A stretch of 32,000 nt of DNA from Wolbachia endosymbiont of Drosophila innubila (GTDB lineage Bacteria; Pseudomonadota; Alphaproteobacteria; Rickettsiales; Anaplasmataceae). The position numbers and the translations under genes were made by a program. Each line of letters starts with the position of its first letter. Position 1 is the stretch's first letter. Shown here piece by piece: positions 20,181 to 29,516 of the stretch. The notes beneath the pieces were generated by a model. It was not told where the DNA came from. It saw only the letters and a program-made list of their open reading frames with translations, and did not search any database. Location of the stretch: contig NZ_CP076228.1 of NCBI RefSeq assembly GCF_021378375.1, forward strand, positions 90,001 through 122,000, given 5' to 3'.

Positions 20181-21373
20181 TGACCTTACCCAGAAAAAGT
20201 GGAGAGAAAGAAAAGAGTTTTTTTGGGTAAAATAAAATTTTGGAGGATTAGAAATGGTAAGAGAATATACAGCAGAATTCAAATTGGAAGCTGTTAAACT
20301 GGCAAATGAACAAAGAAAGGTAGGTCAACCAGTTGCAAAAGTAGCAAGAGATCTAGGAATAAGGGATAGTGTATTAGGAAAATGGATAAAGAAACACAAC
20401 GAAAAAAAGTCGGCGGCAAATGCATTTCCAGATGTAGCACCTTATGACAAAGAGAGGTTTGATTTACAAAGCAAGAGTAACAAGGGAAAGAGACATTAAA
20501 AAAAAAGCCCTGGCCAGTCAAAAAGAGTAAAATATTTTTTTATATAGTAACTGCTATAAAGTACAGGAATTATGTAGGATTTTCTGCTAGTGGCTACTAT
20601 AAGTGGACCACAAGAAAAATAAGCAGTAGAGAATCAGCAAATAAAGAGCTACTCGCAGCTATTCAAAAAATATATCAAGTTTCTAAATGTAGATATGGAG
20701 CTCCTAAAATTCATGCTGAATTGAAGGCTTTGGGTAAAAGTTGCAATTTGAAAACGGTGCAAAGTATTATGCAGAAAAATGACATCAGGGCTATACTGAG
20801 AAGAAAGTTTAAAATTAAAAAACAACAAACAGATAATAGAGCTGTAGCTCCCAATATACTAGATCAAAACTTTATTGTTGATCAACCAAATAAAGTATGG
20901 GATTACTTACATCAAAACCAAGGAGGGATGGCTATATTTGGCAGCAATAATTCTCACGTATGGTAGTTAATGAGTAGTGCAATAAATAAACAATTGGTTA
21001 TGAACTCTTTATTAATGGCCATTAATAGGCGTAAACCTGTTAAAATCTACTGCTGCACAGTGACCAAGGTTCACAATATACTGCGCAAGGGTATCAATAT
21101 CTCTTAGCTGTAAAGAATATAGATGAGTAATAAAGGCTGTTGTTACGACAATTCTGTTGCAGAAAGCTTCTTTAGCTCATTGAAAAGAGAAATACTTATT
21201 GATACTTCACAACACTCTGCTCAACAAACTAGAACTGCAATATTTGAATACATAGAAATTTTTTATAACAAACAACGTCACTATTAACTATTGCATTCCA
21301 GAACAATTTGATGCATCATTCTTTTTGTAAAAAACATTCCACACTTTCTCTCCACTTTTTCTGGGTAAGGTCA
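20181..21373 (+). mobile_element. IS3-family insertion sequence (1193 bp) with perfect 30-bp terminal inverted repeats
   Basis: IRL tgaccttacccagaaaaagtggagagaaag (20181-20210) is the exact reverse complement of 21344-21373. The ends are TG...CA. Internal orfA/orfB-like frames are present. Confidence 0.88.
20254..21330 (+). pseudogene. IS3-family transposase OrfA/OrfB, multiply frameshifted
   Basis: The OrfA HTH part is intact (MVREYTAEFKLEAVKLANEQ...VARDLGIRDSVLGKWIKK). An A9 run sits at 20498-20506, the usual IS3 slippery region. OrfB motifs are scattered over all three frames: ELCRIF|SASGYYKW, KVW|DITYIKTKEGWLYLAAII, LLHSDQGSQYTAQGYQ, MSNKGCCYDNSVAESFF and YNKQR|..INYCIPEQF. Confidence 0.85.
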
Positions 21374-21410
21374 GTCAAACCTCCATTTTTTTTATATCAA
21401 TTTATTACTT

Positions 21411-22898
21411 TTTTTTCGGTTTGACACACTTTTTTGAACCATACGCGTCAAGTTAAGAGATTGTAAGTAAATTCAGGGAAGTTAAGGTAGATACTCTAGT
21501 TTTTCTGTACTTGTCTTTTAATGAAAATCGAGACCAAGTTATGGTAAGCTTTTTAAGAAAAACTTTCAAACTATTAACTTTATTCTTTAGTGCTAAAAAT
21601 AACTCTATAACCCGCCTTTTTAGCTCAATAAATGCCTTTGTTAAGCTAAGTTCTGTATTCTTTTTCACTTCTGTGCAACCAACTATGCCGTGAAATATAA
21701 GAATTGCGCACAATTTAGCATATAGTTCACATAATACTCTGCATGGCTTTCCTTTTAGCTTATCAAGTCTGATATGGCTTTTATACAATTTAAATAATAA
21801 CTCAATTTGCCACCTTACTCTGTAAATCGTTAATACTTGCTCAGCACTAATTTTATTTTCTGGAACATTAGTTATAAATATTGACCAGTTCAACAATTTT
21901 TGATTTCTTTTAGAGGATGTATATCCCTGCGATCTTGCTAATCTATTAGCTTTCCTTCTTCTGGCCATAGACTGTTCTTCAGTTAGTTTCTGACATATAA
22001 TTCTTACTCTAATTTTTGCTTCTTTTCCTAACAATACCTCGTTTTCTAAAAAATAACTTATCCTCTAAACATTCTAATAACTCCATTTTTGATTTGTTTC
22101 TACATCATATATGTTGGTATCGGTTTATAACGACTTATGAAATAAGCTCCTATTTCATTGATTTGTTTAAAAGAACTTGGCACAAAATAACCGAGATCAG
22201 ATATTAGCAAATCATTGCTTAATATATTACTTAAATGTTTCCTATATCCCTGGTCTGATCTTACTCCCTCCGTTAAATTAAGTTGGTCTATTATCTGATT
22301 CATGTAGTCGAAAACTAATTGTAACTTTATTCCAGATTTAGTATTGCTTTCATAGCCACTGTAGCTAGTACCATAACCTTTATACATCTCTTCCATACTG
22401 TTAGGTAGAGTAATATAGCTACTGTCCAATAATTTAACACTATTAAATTGCTGTAAGATTTTGCAATCAACTTGCAAGATATTTTTGAAGAGAAGCACAG
22501 ATTCATTATACATCCTTTTCATAAATTCCACTGCTTCTTCAGTAAATCTAAAATCCAAACCTTGTTTTGTTATATCTATCGAGTCCTCGTTTAGTAATTG
22601 ACACATTGTTTCTACGCTACAATTATCAACCCCTATATTACCCAAGACCATGGCTTTTACGAACGATGAACCTTTTAGCTTTCTCTTTCTTTTTATAAAC
22701 CTTGTTGTAATTGAGATTTTGTCTGCTTTTTCATTAAAAAATTCTTTGAGCTTTTTTGATAAGCTAGTTATTTTATTCATTGGTTCTCTCACTAAAAGTA
22801 TTTCTGGGAGAACTTATACCTTATTATTCTATCTCTTTCATACCTTTATTTCCTTAACTTGACGCGTATGCTTTTTTGAACATTCCCAACGAAAAAAG
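21411..22898 (-). mobile_element. IS4-family-like insertion sequence (about 1.5 kb)
   Basis: Terminal inverted repeats have an 18-bp perfect core: catacgcgtcaagttaag (21440-21457) against cttaacttgacgcgtatg (22853-22870). Imperfect extensions reach about 21411 and 22898. Confidence 0.8.
21453..22792 (-). pseudogene. IS4-family DDE transposase split into two frames (230 aa + 193 aa)
   Basis: The upstream ORF 22100-22792 carries the LLDSSYITLP and ISDLGYF Asp regions. The downstream ORF 21453-22034 carries YRVRWQIELLFKLYK, the DDE Glu region. The two lie in different frames, separated by stops. Confidence 0.8.
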
Positions 22899-22958
22899 AA
22901 AAACAAGGTTTAATTTTCTTTTTTATTTGCGATTTATCTATTAATTAACCGTGAAAGG

Positions 22959-24254
22959 TTACGTGTAATGCTTCTTCACATAATTATCAATAATTGCCTT
23001 AAATTCTTCAGAGACATTATCACCTTGTAAAGTTTTGAAATATTTGCCGTTTTTGTAGACTGCTGAAACAGGTTTTTCTCCATATCCAGGTAAGCTGATT
23101 CCCAAATTTGCGTGTTTGCTTTCTCCAGGACCATTTACTATGCATCCCATAACAGCAATGTTCATATGCTCTACACCTGGATTTTTTTTCTTCCACATCG
23201 GCATATGAGTTTTTATATAGCCATTCACCTCTTCAGTTAATATACGAAAACGATCGCTACTCGTGCGCCCACAACCAGGACATGAATTAACCTGAGGGTT
23301 AAAGTGTCGCAAGCCTATAGACTGCAATATTTCCTGACACACCACCACTTCATTAGTACGCGATTCACCAGGACGTTGAGTCAAAGAAGCCCGTATTGTA
23401 TCTCCAATGCCATTTTGCAATAAATAAGTAAGCCCTGCTGCGGTATTTACCACACCTTTATTGCCCATACCAGCCTCAGTTAAACCCAAATGCAGCGCAT
23501 AATTGGAAGATTTTGCAAGTGCCATATAAACTAAAATTAAATCTTGTACTTTGCTAACTTTACATGAAATGATTATTTTGTTTGAATTTAGACCAATTTC
23601 TTCAGCTTTTTTTGCACTATCAAGAGCAGACATTACAAGTGCTTTGCGCAGTATAACATCAGAAGGCCTTGAATTACTAAGCGAAGAGTTTTCATCCATC
23701 AATTTTTGCAAAAGGTATTTATCAAGACTACCCCAATTTACCCCAATTCTAACCGGAAGATCGTGCATTATTGCATACTCTATCACCCTTTCAAACTTCT
23801 CATCACGTTTGTCGCCAAAGCCTATATTGCCTGGATTGATTCTAATTTTACCCAGCATTTTGATGTTGTCTGGATAATCTTGAACTAATTTATCTAGCTC
23901 ATATTGACCGCAGCCTACCAATATTTTACCGTCAAAACCTTCTTTATTTATCTCTTCTACTATATAAGGTATTGCTCTTGCTACCTCCTCTGAGTTCAAG
24001 GCAATTCGCACCAATTCTGAACCTGTACGCGCTAGTTCTGTTATCTCTTTTGCATAATGTTTTGCGCTACTTTTTATATTATCAGCATCTATATGCACGC
24101 CAAGCGCCATAGATTGTACAACTACAGGATTATTTCCGCCTATCTTTACTTTTCCAACTTCTACAACATGAGTTTTGTGCCTGGAAATCTGCGATAATTC
24201 ATATGTATTATCATTCAATATCAGGTCTTTATCTAGCATATTATTAATGGCCAA
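22959..24254 (-). CDS. ispG: 4-hydroxy-3-methylbut-2-en-1-yl diphosphate synthase (MEP pathway)
   Basis: 431 aa reading VQSMA..., [23 protein letters not shown] and [10 protein letters not shown], which is the IspG/GcpE pattern. Confidence 0.95.
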   Translation of the reverse strand: MAINNMLDKDLILNDNTYELSQISRHKTHVVEVGKVKIGGNNPVVVQSMALGVHIDADNIKSSAKHYAKEITELARTGSELVRIALNSEEVARAIPYIVEEINKEGFDGKILVGCGQYELDKLVQDYPDNIKMLGKIRINPGNIGFGDKRDEKFERVIEYAIMHDLPVRIGVNWGSLDKYLLQKLMDENSSLSNSRPSDVILRKALVMSALDSAKKAEEIGLNSNKIIISCKVSKVQDLILVYMALAKSSNYALHLGLTEAGMGNKGVVNTAAGLTYLLQNGIGDTIRASLTQRPGESRTNEVVVCQEILQSIGLRHFNPQVNSCPGCGRTSSDRFRILTEEVNGYIKTHMPMWKKKNPGVEHMNIAVMGCIVNGPGESKHANLGISLPGYGEKPVSAVYKNGKYFKTLQGDNVSEEFKAIIDNYVKKHYT

Positions 24255-24264
24255 TATTGTGATA

Positions 24265-24885
24265 CTATTTTACTGTGTCAGCTACACTGCCAAATGAACT
24301 TGAACCATTCAAACTATAAGCATCTACGTTATCCAAATTAGCAATAGAATCATGTGAGCACGTTCTTCTTGATGGAGTTTCTTTTATAGTGACATTTATA
24401 GGAGAAACTTTCTTTTCTCGTGTTGAAGTAACTTTCTTCTCTTCTTGTTGTTCACTTTCATGCTGCTTATTTTCATACTGGAAAACTGACTCTTGATCTA
24501 TAAATACAGCACCCCTTAAACGTGCGATATTAATACCATGCTGATTTATCATAGTGCTCTCTTCATCGTCGACTATGCAAGCTTCCATGTCATTTGGCTC
24601 ATTATCAAGACTAGCAATTTTTTTCTCTTTTAATTTTTTGATTAGATCTTCTTTATTTATAGCTCGATCTTGTAATTTTTTTTTCTTGAGCAATTCCCTA
24701 CGCTTCTCATACAGTTTATATGACTCAGCAAAATCCTCATCTGTATGAAAGTTTGCACCACCAGGGTTACCAGGAGGTATGTATCTCTTACTGAGCTTAG
24801 ATTTAGCTTCAGCACTATGCACAGTAAAAAAGCTAGAAACCAAAAACATTAATATAAATAAAATTTTAGAAAAAACCCTAAGCAT
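24265..24885 (-). CDS. Hypothetical secreted K/E-rich protein
   Basis: 206 aa with an N-terminal signal-peptide-like segment ([27 protein letters not shown]|K). The remainder is charged and low-complexity. Its stop lies 10 nt upstream of the ispG start. Confidence 0.6.
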   Translation of the reverse strand: MLRVFSKILFILMFLVSSFFTVHSAEAKSKLSKRYIPPGNPGGANFHTDEDFAESYKLYEKRRELLKKKKLQDRAINKEDLIKKLKEKKIASLDNEPNDMEACIVDDEESTMINQHGINIARLRGAVFIDQESVFQYENKQHESEQQEEKKVTSTREKKVSPINVTIKETPSRRTCSHDSIANLDNVDAYSLNGSSSFGSVADTVK

Positions 24886-25034
24886 ATGGTGCTATAGTAA
24901 ATATCGTGTTTTAAAAGATAGCAATTAACAAACTTTAAGTAAACCAGAATCTTTACTAACTTTACAATACAAATATTTTTCTAAAAAGTGATATGTTTGC
25001 TATCAAAAAAACCTACGCAGACTAAGAGAAGAGT

Positions 25035-25064
25035 AAGGTGTTACAAGTTGCGTAACACCTTTTC
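25035..25064 (-). terminator. Candidate stem-loop terminator after the repeat-protein gene
   Basis: A 9-bp perfect stem, aggtgttac (25036-25044) paired with gtaacacct (25052-60), has a 7-nt loop and flanking A/T runs. It starts about 20 nt downstream of the stop at 25083. Confidence 0.45.
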
Positions 25065-25082
25065 AAGAAAAGTGTTATGCAG

Positions 25083-25628
25083 CTATATGTTTGCAACTTT
25101 TAAGTTATTCTGTAGTTTTTCAGTACCATCGGTAGTATCTACATTATTAAGTTTTGCGTCTGGCGTATCTTTAGATAAGTCGTTTTTTTTCTCTTTATCA
25201 AGCTTAACTCCCTGATAGATACAGAATGCAACAAAACTAGTTATTGCTATTGCGGCAACAGCACTGACTATGATACAAATTGCCATTATTTTTTGTTGAT
25301 CTGCTACTGCCTCTGCAAGTGTTTCCACTTTTTCTTGCAGGCCGTTTAAGTGCTCTTGCATAGCTTGAAACTGCTTAGTACCAATCTTGTCTTCTAATGC
25401 ACTAAAAACTTTTTCAAACTGCTCAACATCTATCTTTTGAGCTTCTTGCCATTCTTTTAATGCACTAAATACCTCTTCAAACTGTTTAGCATCTATCTTT
25501 TGAGCTTCTTGCCATTCTTTTAATGCACCAAAAACTTTTTCAAACTGCTCAGCATCAATTTGTTGACTTTCCTGCAATGCTGTTATATCTGACTCATCAA
25601 AGCCAAGTACCCATTTAGTTATAACCAT
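25083..25628 (-). CDS. Hypothetical single-pass membrane protein with 21-aa tandem repeats
   Basis: 181 aa. The N-terminal ~113 aa contains 2.5-3 copies of (Q)KIDAxQFExVFxALKEWQEA. One TM helix (IMAICIIVSAVAAIAITSFVAFCIY) is followed by a 43-aa polar tail. Confidence 0.65.
   Translation of the reverse strand: MVITKWVLGFDESDITALQESQQIDAEQFEKVFGALKEWQEAQKIDAKQFEEVFSALKEWQEAQKIDVEQFEKVFSALEDKIGTKQFQAMQEHLNGLQEKVETLAEAVADQQKIMAICIIVSAVAAIAITSFVAFCIYQGVKLDKEKKNDLSKDTPDAKLNNVDTTDGTEKLQNNLKVANI
25390..25575. repeat. 63-bp coding tandem repeat
   Basis: Full units at 25428-25490 and 25491-25553 show 6 mismatches in 63 nt, with the first 34 nt identical. Diverged partial units flank them on both sides. 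Confidence 0.9.
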
Positions 25629-25783
25629 TTTTAACCCCCTAGTTAATTAATATATTATAATTTTACATTCCAAATGTTTAAATTATTATTAAATCAATTG
25701 TCATTATGTATTGATCTTTTAATAATTTCGTTTGACTTGCTTTTTGAAAGTGCGAAAACTTAAATTAAGGTATTACAAGATTG

Positions 25784-27898
25784 TTATTCAACCAATATCT
25801 CTCTTTTCCCTGAGTAATTTGGAGCGCTGACAATACCTTCCTTTTCCATTCTTTCAACGATGTTTGCTGCTCTGTTATAGCCTATTCTAAGCTGCCTTTG
25901 AATGTAACTGGTTGAAACTTTTTGATCTCTTTGAATGATGGCTACTGCTTGGTTATAGAGGTCATTTTCTTCATCCTCCGTTTCATCGTGTGACTCTGTA
26001 GAAGAATTTTCATCTTCTTTAGTGATTTCCTCCATGTAGTTTGGCTCACCTTGCATTTTCAGATGATCAACTATATCTTGCACCTCATTATCACTTACAA
26101 ATGGGCCGTGAACTCGAATGATCTTACCACCAGAGGCCATATAGAGCATGTCACCCATGCCGAGCAATTGTTCAGCCCCTTGTTCGCCAAGTATTGTACG
26201 GCTATCTATCTTAGAAGTAACAGCAAAACTGATTCTCGTTGGAAAGTTCGCCTTTATCACACCTGTGATCACATCCACAGATGGGCGTTGTGTTGCCATT
26301 ATGATGTGTATTCCTGCAGCACGAGCCATCTGAGCTAAGCGTTGAATAGAGCACTCTATTTCTTTGCCGGCAACAAGCATCAAATCTGCCATTTCATCCA
26401 CGATCACTACAATATACGGAAATGTTTCCATCTTGATTGGTATTTTTTCAAACAGAGGTTTGCCTGTTGTTGAGTTAAAGCCAATCTGCACAACGCGCTC
26501 CAATTCTATTCCACTATTCATCGCTTCTGTGATTCTTTGGTTATAGTTTATTACATTGCGCACATTTAAATAGGACATCATGCGATAGCGATTTTCCATT
26601 TCTTTCACTATCCACTTAAGAGCGACTACAGCCTTTTTTGGCTCTGTTACCACTGGCGTTATTAGATGCGGTATTGCATCATATATTGAAAGCTCAAGCA
26701 TTTTTGGGTCGATCATTATCATCTTACATTCATCAGGACTTAATCGATAAACGAGTGAAAGAATCATAGTGTTAATCGCAACTGATTTACCAGACCCTGT
26801 GGTTCCAGCAACGAGCAAGTGGGGCATTTTAGTTAGATCTGCAATAACTGGTTTTCCACTTATTTCTTTGCCAAGCGCAATTGGGAGATTTAAGTTTGCA
26901 TTTTGGTATTCTGGGGATTCAAGCAAATCACGCAGCATTACAATTTCCCGTTCCTTGTTCGGCAACTCTATTCCCATAGCATTTTGCCCACGAATTATTG
27001 AAATACGTGCAGAGAGTGCACTCATCGAACGTGCAATGTCATCTGCAAGGCCAATTACTCTTGCAGATTTCGTGCCAGCTTGTGGTTCAAGTTTGTACAA
27101 AGTCACAACCGGCCCATAGCATACACTGATAATTTTTCCTTGCACGCCAAAATCACTCAGGACTTGTTCCAGCAGAGATAAATTTTTATTGCTCTCCATT
27201 TCATTTAGCTGTTTTCTCTGCAAAGACTCTTCTGCTTTAGAAAGTAAATGGATACTTGGAAACTTAAACTCACTTAAAACCTCCTCGGTAGCTTTTTTCT
27301 GTCTTTCTTTTGGTTGTTGTTTAGTAGTGATTTTAGTTCTATGTTTTTCTTCTACTACTAATGGTGCAATTGAATACTCAGTAGTTTTATGTGATCTGAA
27401 GAATGGAACATTTACAAATAAGCAAGCTATTTTTTTACATAAGAAGAATAGAGAGTAAATTGTTCTCTTCCAACCAACAGATCCTACAAGACCTATTGAT
27501 GTTACTATCACAAATATATAAAACGGGCAGTTATTAATTAGTGCATTCCCTATTATTCCACTGTGTCTGTACCTTGCAGTGATGCCTAGCGAAAGTTGTG
27601 GTAGTATAGCACATATCCCTAAATTGATTAATATTAAATAGAGAATTTTTAGCAGCCTTTTTGATGGCCTGAAGATCAACAAGTAAACTATGGTTGTAGC
27701 TATTGTAACACTAGTTAATCCAAGAAATTGAACCAATATATCAGCTAAATATGAACTTACTATTCCACCTAAATTTGTCACTTCCTCATTTGTAGCTGTG
27801 TTTAAGGAAGGATCTTTATAGTTATAGCTAAAAACTGATATATATATATATATTAAAAGGGATAGATATATTGCTGATTTTAGATATTTTTTTAACAT
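25784..27898 (-). CDS. ftsK: DNA translocase FtsK
   Basis: 704 aa with N-terminal TM helices, a motor domain with Walker A (GTTGSGKS) and Walker B (VVIVDEMADL), and a C-terminal gamma winged-helix domain (YNQAVAIIQRDQKVSTSYIQRQLRIGYNRAANIVERME). Confidence 0.95.
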   Translation of the reverse strand: MLKKYLKSAIYLSLLIYIYISVFSYNYKDPSLNTATNEEVTNLGGIVSSYLADILVQFLGLTSVTIATTIVYLLIFRPSKRLLKILYLILINLGICAILPQLSLGITARYRHSGIIGNALINNCPFYIFVIVTSIGLVGSVGWKRTIYSLFFLCKKIACLFVNVPFFRSHKTTEYSIAPLVVEEKHRTKITTKQQPKERQKKATEEVLSEFKFPSIHLLSKAEESLQRKQLNEMESNKNLSLLEQVLSDFGVQGKIISVCYGPVVTLYKLEPQAGTKSARVIGLADDIARSMSALSARISIIRGQNAMGIELPNKEREIVMLRDLLESPEYQNANLNLPIALGKEISGKPVIADLTKMPHLLVAGTTGSGKSVAINTMILSLVYRLSPDECKMIMIDPKMLELSIYDAIPHLITPVVTEPKKAVVALKWIVKEMENRYRMMSYLNVRNVINYNQRITEAMNSGIELERVVQIGFNSTTGKPLFEKIPIKMETFPYIVVIVDEMADLMLVAGKEIECSIQRLAQMARAAGIHIIMATQRPSVDVITGVIKANFPTRISFAVTSKIDSRTILGEQGAEQLLGMGDMLYMASGGKIIRVHGPFVSDNEVQDIVDHLKMQGEPNYMEEITKEDENSSTESHDETEDEENDLYNQAVAIIQRDQKVSTSYIQRQLRIGYNRAANIVERMEKEGIVSAPNYSGKREILVE

Positions 27899-28177
27899 CT
27901 ACCTAAAGTAGTAAGCTACTGTATATTTTACAAAGTGAATTGTTATTAGCAATATCATTATAGATAAATCTAATCCGTTGAACGGTGGTATATATCTTCT
28001 AATAATCTTTAGTGGTGGATATGTCAATTGGTTCAAGATGTGCATTATGCTACTGACAGTTTCATTATATATGTTCACCATATTAAGTTTAACCAGCCAG
28101 TTTAGGACAACCCAACATATTAGAATGAAGCTATAAAGATCAAGTAACGTATTGAGTAGATATATGATTGGATGCAT
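27899..28177 (-). CDS. yggT: YggT family membrane protein
   Basis: 92 aa with two TM segments and a YggT-like pattern (LLDLYSFILICWVVLNWL...PPL...IPPFNGLDLS). Its stop codon abuts the ftsK start with no gap. Confidence 0.75.
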   Translation of the reverse strand: MHPIIYLLNTLLDLYSFILICWVVLNWLVKLNMVNIYNETVSSIMHILNQLTYPPLKIIRRYIPPFNGLDLSIMILLITIHFVKYTVAYYFR

Positions 28178-28348
28178 ACATATCTATTACACGAAAGTTA
28201 TATAAAAGACAAGTATTTAGCCTTTTCAAACTCAAAATGTTGTTTTTGCTGAACCAAAAAAAACTTCATTTTTTGAGCTGCGCAAAGCCACCTAAAGTAG
28301 AGAATGGACAAGGAAGGAGGGGTGTATAATATATATTAATGTTGATAT

Positions 28349-28610
28349 TTATTTCTTATAAATATCATCTCTATGTCCTATCTCTATGATCTAATTGATT
28401 TACTCTGTAAATTACACGATAGTCACCAACTCTTAGCCTTCTACATCCTTTTAAGTTATGATGTAGTGGTTCACCAAAATTTATTGGGTCAACTGTAAGA
28501 CGTTCTTTTATAGCTTTTTGAACTCTTAGCCTTATTATCTTTGGAAGGTTTGGTAAATCTTTTTCAACAACACTCTTTAGAGACTTAACCTTGTAACGCT
28601 CTAATCCCAC
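28349..28610 (-). pseudogene. RelE/ParE-family toxin, cassette 1, C-terminal frameshift
   Basis: Track ORF 28371-28610 (GTG start) reads ...LPKIIRLRVQKAIKERLTVDPINFGEPLHHNLKGCRRLRVGDYRVIYRVNQLDHRDRT*. The family-typical tail IIEIGHRDDIYKK* is open in another frame (28349-28390). Confidence 0.65.
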
Positions 28611-28822
28611 TTAATATCTTCAAAATCAACTGTTTCTGCACCTTCAACATCACGCTCATCAGAAATTTTAGATACTAAAAAATCCTCCATTTCAAGCTCA
28701 ACTGCTTCTCTAAATAGTTTTCCTGCTAATTCTTGAACGGGCTGTTTAGTAAATTCAGATAATTCAGCAAGATGCTTTAAAGTTCCTTCGCTAAGAGCTA
28801 TGTTAATGCCTGAATTTGCCAT
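28601..28822 (-). CDS. Antitoxin, cassette 1 (ribbon-helix-helix-like, RelB/ParD-type)
   Basis: 73 aa from the ATG at 28822 (the track starts 4 codons earlier at TTG): MANSGINIALSEGTLKHLAELSEFTKQPVQELAGKLFREAVE... with an acidic C-terminus. It overlaps the toxin start by 10 nt. Confidence 0.8.
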   Translation of the reverse strand: MANSGINIALSEGTLKHLAELSEFTKQPVQELAGKLFREAVELEMEDFLVSKISDERDVEGAETVDFEDIKWD

Positions 28823-28846
28823 ATGTTTTACCAAAGTCCACTAATA

Positions 28847-28875
28847 ATTATACAACATTTTTTTTAATTTTTCAA
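28847..28875 (-). promoter_or_regulatory. Sigma70-type promoter of cassette 1
   Basis: On the minus strand: TTGAAA (28875-28870), a 17-nt spacer, then TATAAT (28852-28847), lying 24 nt upstream of the antitoxin ATG. Confidence 0.6.
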
Positions 28876-28905
28876 TAAAGAAAGGAGTGGTGTATAAAAA
28901 TATAT

Positions 28906-29216
28906 TTAATGTTTCAGTAGGTCCAATATTGCCTGCTTGTAAATATTGTCCCTGTGTCCTATTAAAACAATAATTACTATACGTTTTACAGTATTTACAC
29001 GGTAGACAATACGATAATCATCAGCAACTTTATTCTTCTATGTTCCTTTAATCTCTTGCGTAGCAACACACCGTTACCAATAGGATCAGTCTCAAGATAC
29101 TCTTTTATTGCATCTTTAATACTTGGCTTTACATCTTCCGGCAAGGAAGGCAAATTTCTTTTAAGAACATGCTTTAGATATTTAATGGTGTATTGCTTAT
29201 TTCCAGATGTCTTCAC
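28906..29216 (-). pseudogene. RelE/ParE-family toxin, cassette 2, internal frameshift
   Basis: Track ORF 28995-29216 (GTG start) ends ...KEHRRIKLLMIIVLSTV*. One nt back, the frame reads VADDYRIVYRVNTVKRIVIIVLIGHRDNIYKQAILDLLKH* down to 28906. The break is at aga-ata-aag/ttg (about 29025-29033). The total span of 311 nt is one short of a multiple of 3. Confidence 0.75.
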
Positions 29217-29418
29217 TATCCTCTACTTCTTCTGCATCATCAGAATTTAACTCCCTAATAATTTTGGAAAATGCAATATCTTCCGCTTCAAGTTCGATTG
29301 CTTCCTTGACTAGCTTTTCTGTTAATTTTTGAACAGACTGCTTGGTGGCTCTAGCTAGTTCAACAAGATGCTGCGAAGTTTCTGGGTTGAAAGCTACACT
29401 AACTTTTGAATTTACCAT
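29197..29418 (-). CDS. Antitoxin, cassette 2 (RHH-like)
   Basis: 73 aa from the ATG at 29418: MVNSKVSVAFNPETSQHLVELARATKQSVQKLTEKLVKEAIE... It overlaps the toxin GTG start by 20 nt. Confidence 0.8.
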   Translation of the reverse strand: MVNSKVSVAFNPETSQHLVELARATKQSVQKLTEKLVKEAIELEAEDIAFSKIIRELNSDDAEEVEDSEDIWK

Positions 29419-29447
29419 CAGTTTTACCAAAGTCTACTACTATAGCT

Positions 29448-29476
29448 ATTTTACAACATTTTTTTTAATTTTTCAA
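29448..29476 (-). promoter_or_regulatory. Sigma70-type promoter of cassette 2
   Basis: On the minus strand: TTGAAA (29476-29471), a 17-nt spacer, then TAAAAT (29453-29448). Confidence 0.55.
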
Positions 29477-29516
29477 TAAAGGAAGGAGGGCTGTATAAAA
29501 ATATATTTAATGTTTA

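Noticed and set aside
20094-20282. 62-aa minus-strand ORF ending CFHCFHCFHCFH
   Set aside because: It is an artefact of translating the 9-bp microsatellite and the IS3 terminal repeat in antisense.
26769-27119. 116-aa plus-strand ORF, and similar ones at 23551-23877 and 18062-18367
   Set aside because: They are antisense to the strongly supported ftsK, ispG and gyrB genes, with no independent signals.
28878-28920. Plus-strand mini-ORFs after aaggag-like sequences in the TA junction blocks
   Set aside because: The SD-like element lies about 25 nt from the ATG and the ORFs are only 3-4 codons long. The blocks are better explained as the toxin 3' region plus promoter on the minus strand.
29020-29036. 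Programmed -1 ribosomal frameshift restoring toxin 2
   Set aside because: The site (aga ata aag ttg) is not an X XXY YYZ slippery heptamer and no downstream structure is evident. A simple 1-nt deletion is more parsimonious.
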